Assembly (NCBI GenBank): GCA_051313645.2
Contig: JBNRSN020000005.1
Coordinates: 169,322,001-169,386,000 of the forward strand
Direction: 5' to 3'
Length of the DNA stretch: 64,000 nt
DNA from: Centroscyllium fabricii
Lineage: Eukaryota
Every line of letters starts with the position of its first letter. Positions within the stretch are counted from its first letter, which is position 1. Positions 62,700-64,000 of this stretch are shown piece after piece. A program made the translations under genes and the position numbers. Under the pieces are notes generated by a model. That model did not search any database and was not told where the DNA came from. It saw only the letters and a list, made by a program, of their open reading frames with translations.

Positions 62700-63480
62700 T
62701 TAGGAGCAGGAGTAGGCCACTTGGCCCCTTGAGCCTGCTCTGCCATTCGATAAGATCATGGCTGATCTGGTTACTTTGCATTGCCGCCTACTCCCGATAA
62801 CCTTGCCGCCTACCCCGATAACCTTTCACCTACTTGCTTATCAAGAATCTTGTCTACCTCTGCCTTAAAAATATTTAAAGACTGCTTCCACTGCCCTCTG
62901 AGGAAGAGTTCCAGACTCTCAACCCTCAGAAAATTTCTCCTCATCTGTCTTAAATGGGCAACCCCTTAATTTTAAACAGCGACCCCCTAGTTCTAGATTC
63001 TCCCACAAGAGGAAACATCCTCTCCACATCCACCCTGTCCAGACCCCTCAGGATCTTGTATGTTTCAATCAAGTCACCTCTTACTCTTCTAAACTCCAGA
63101 GGATACAAGCCGAGCCTGTCCAACCTTTCCTCATAAGACAACCCACCCATTCCAGGTATAAGTCTAGTAAACCTTCTCTGAACTACTTCCAACGCATTTA
63201 CATCCTTAAATAAGGAGACAAATACTGTACACAGTACTCCAGATGTGGTCTCACCAGTGCCGTGTATAACTGAAGCATAACCTCCCAACATTTGTGTTCA
63301 ATTCCCCTCGGAATAATGATACCATTCTATTAGCTTTCCTAATTAATTGCTGTACCTGCAAACTAACCTTTTGCAATTCATGCACGAGGACACCCAGACC
63401 CCCTCATATCTCGGAGCTCTGCAATCTCACCATTTAGATAATATGCTTTTTTATTCTTCCTGCCAAAATGGACATTTTCT
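62700..63480 (-). mobile_element. CR1 LINE 3' fragment
   Basis: QRRFTRLIPGMGGLSYEERLDRLGLYPLEFRR in ORF 62950..63291. Confidence 0.88.
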
Positions 63481-63649
63481 AACTAATAAAACACAGGTGA
63501 TAATTAGCAACTTTGTCTGTTTTCAACATATAACTCCTTTATTAGGATGCAGAATGATCTGTCAGCTTAATGTCCTTTTTTGAAGTTTGAGTATAATTTG
63601 GACACCAGCTAAAGATGTGACATATCTAAAGATGTGACATATGTAATCA

Positions 63650-64000
63650 GTGTAGAATATACGGCACAGACAGGTCATCAGCCCAACCAGTCCATGCCAG
63701 TGTTTATGCTCCACTCGCACCTCCTCCCGTCTTTCCTCATCTAACTCTCAGCACAACTCTCTATTCCCTTCTCCCTTGTGCTTGTCTAGCCTCCCCTTAA
63801 ATACATCTGTACTATTTGCTTCAACCACTCCGTGGTAGTGAGTTCCACATTCTCACCACTCTGGATTAAAAAAAAGTTCCTTCTGAATTCCCTATTTGAT
63901 TTCTTGGTGACAATCTTGTATTGATCGTCTCTAGTTTTGCTCTTCCCGCAAGTGACAACACACTCAAAACCTTTCATAATTTTAAAGATATCTCAGCCTT
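63650..64000 (-). mobile_element. CR1 LINE 3' fragment, same type as 625..1010
   Basis: Shared ccttaaat.catct.t.ctattt.c.tc.ac.act block; reads REFRRNFF. Confidence 0.65.

Overview
Vertebrate genomic DNA, very probably from a cartilaginous fish (shark). This is inferred from the HE1-like and Deu-domain SINEs, the CR1/HER1-like LINEs and the Penelope terminal repeats. The window holds the 3' 14 coding exons of a GPCPD1/GDE5 (glycerophosphocholine phosphodiesterase) gene on the + strand (6011..57775). All introns are GT-AG with compatible phases, giving 1691 coding nt; the 5' CBM20 exons were not found and probably lie upstream. A probable ~4.4 kb 3' UTR follows, to ~62.2 kb. The introns are dense with CR1 and L2-like fragments, SINEs, Penelope repeats and non-autonomous DNA transposons. 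Most notable observations: (1) six copies of a TA-targeting, Tigger/pogo-like MITE family whose CpG-rich arms are packed with NRF1, YY1 and CCAAT-like motifs and whose centres carry different cargo from copy to copy; (2) a Penelope-derived fold-back with a minimal hammerhead ribozyme core on each strand; (3) a decaying partial duplicate of a GPCPD1 exon; (4) a nested Harbinger-like element in the 3' UTR. All calls were made by eye, repeat boundaries are approximate, and comparisons with human GPCPD1 are from memory.
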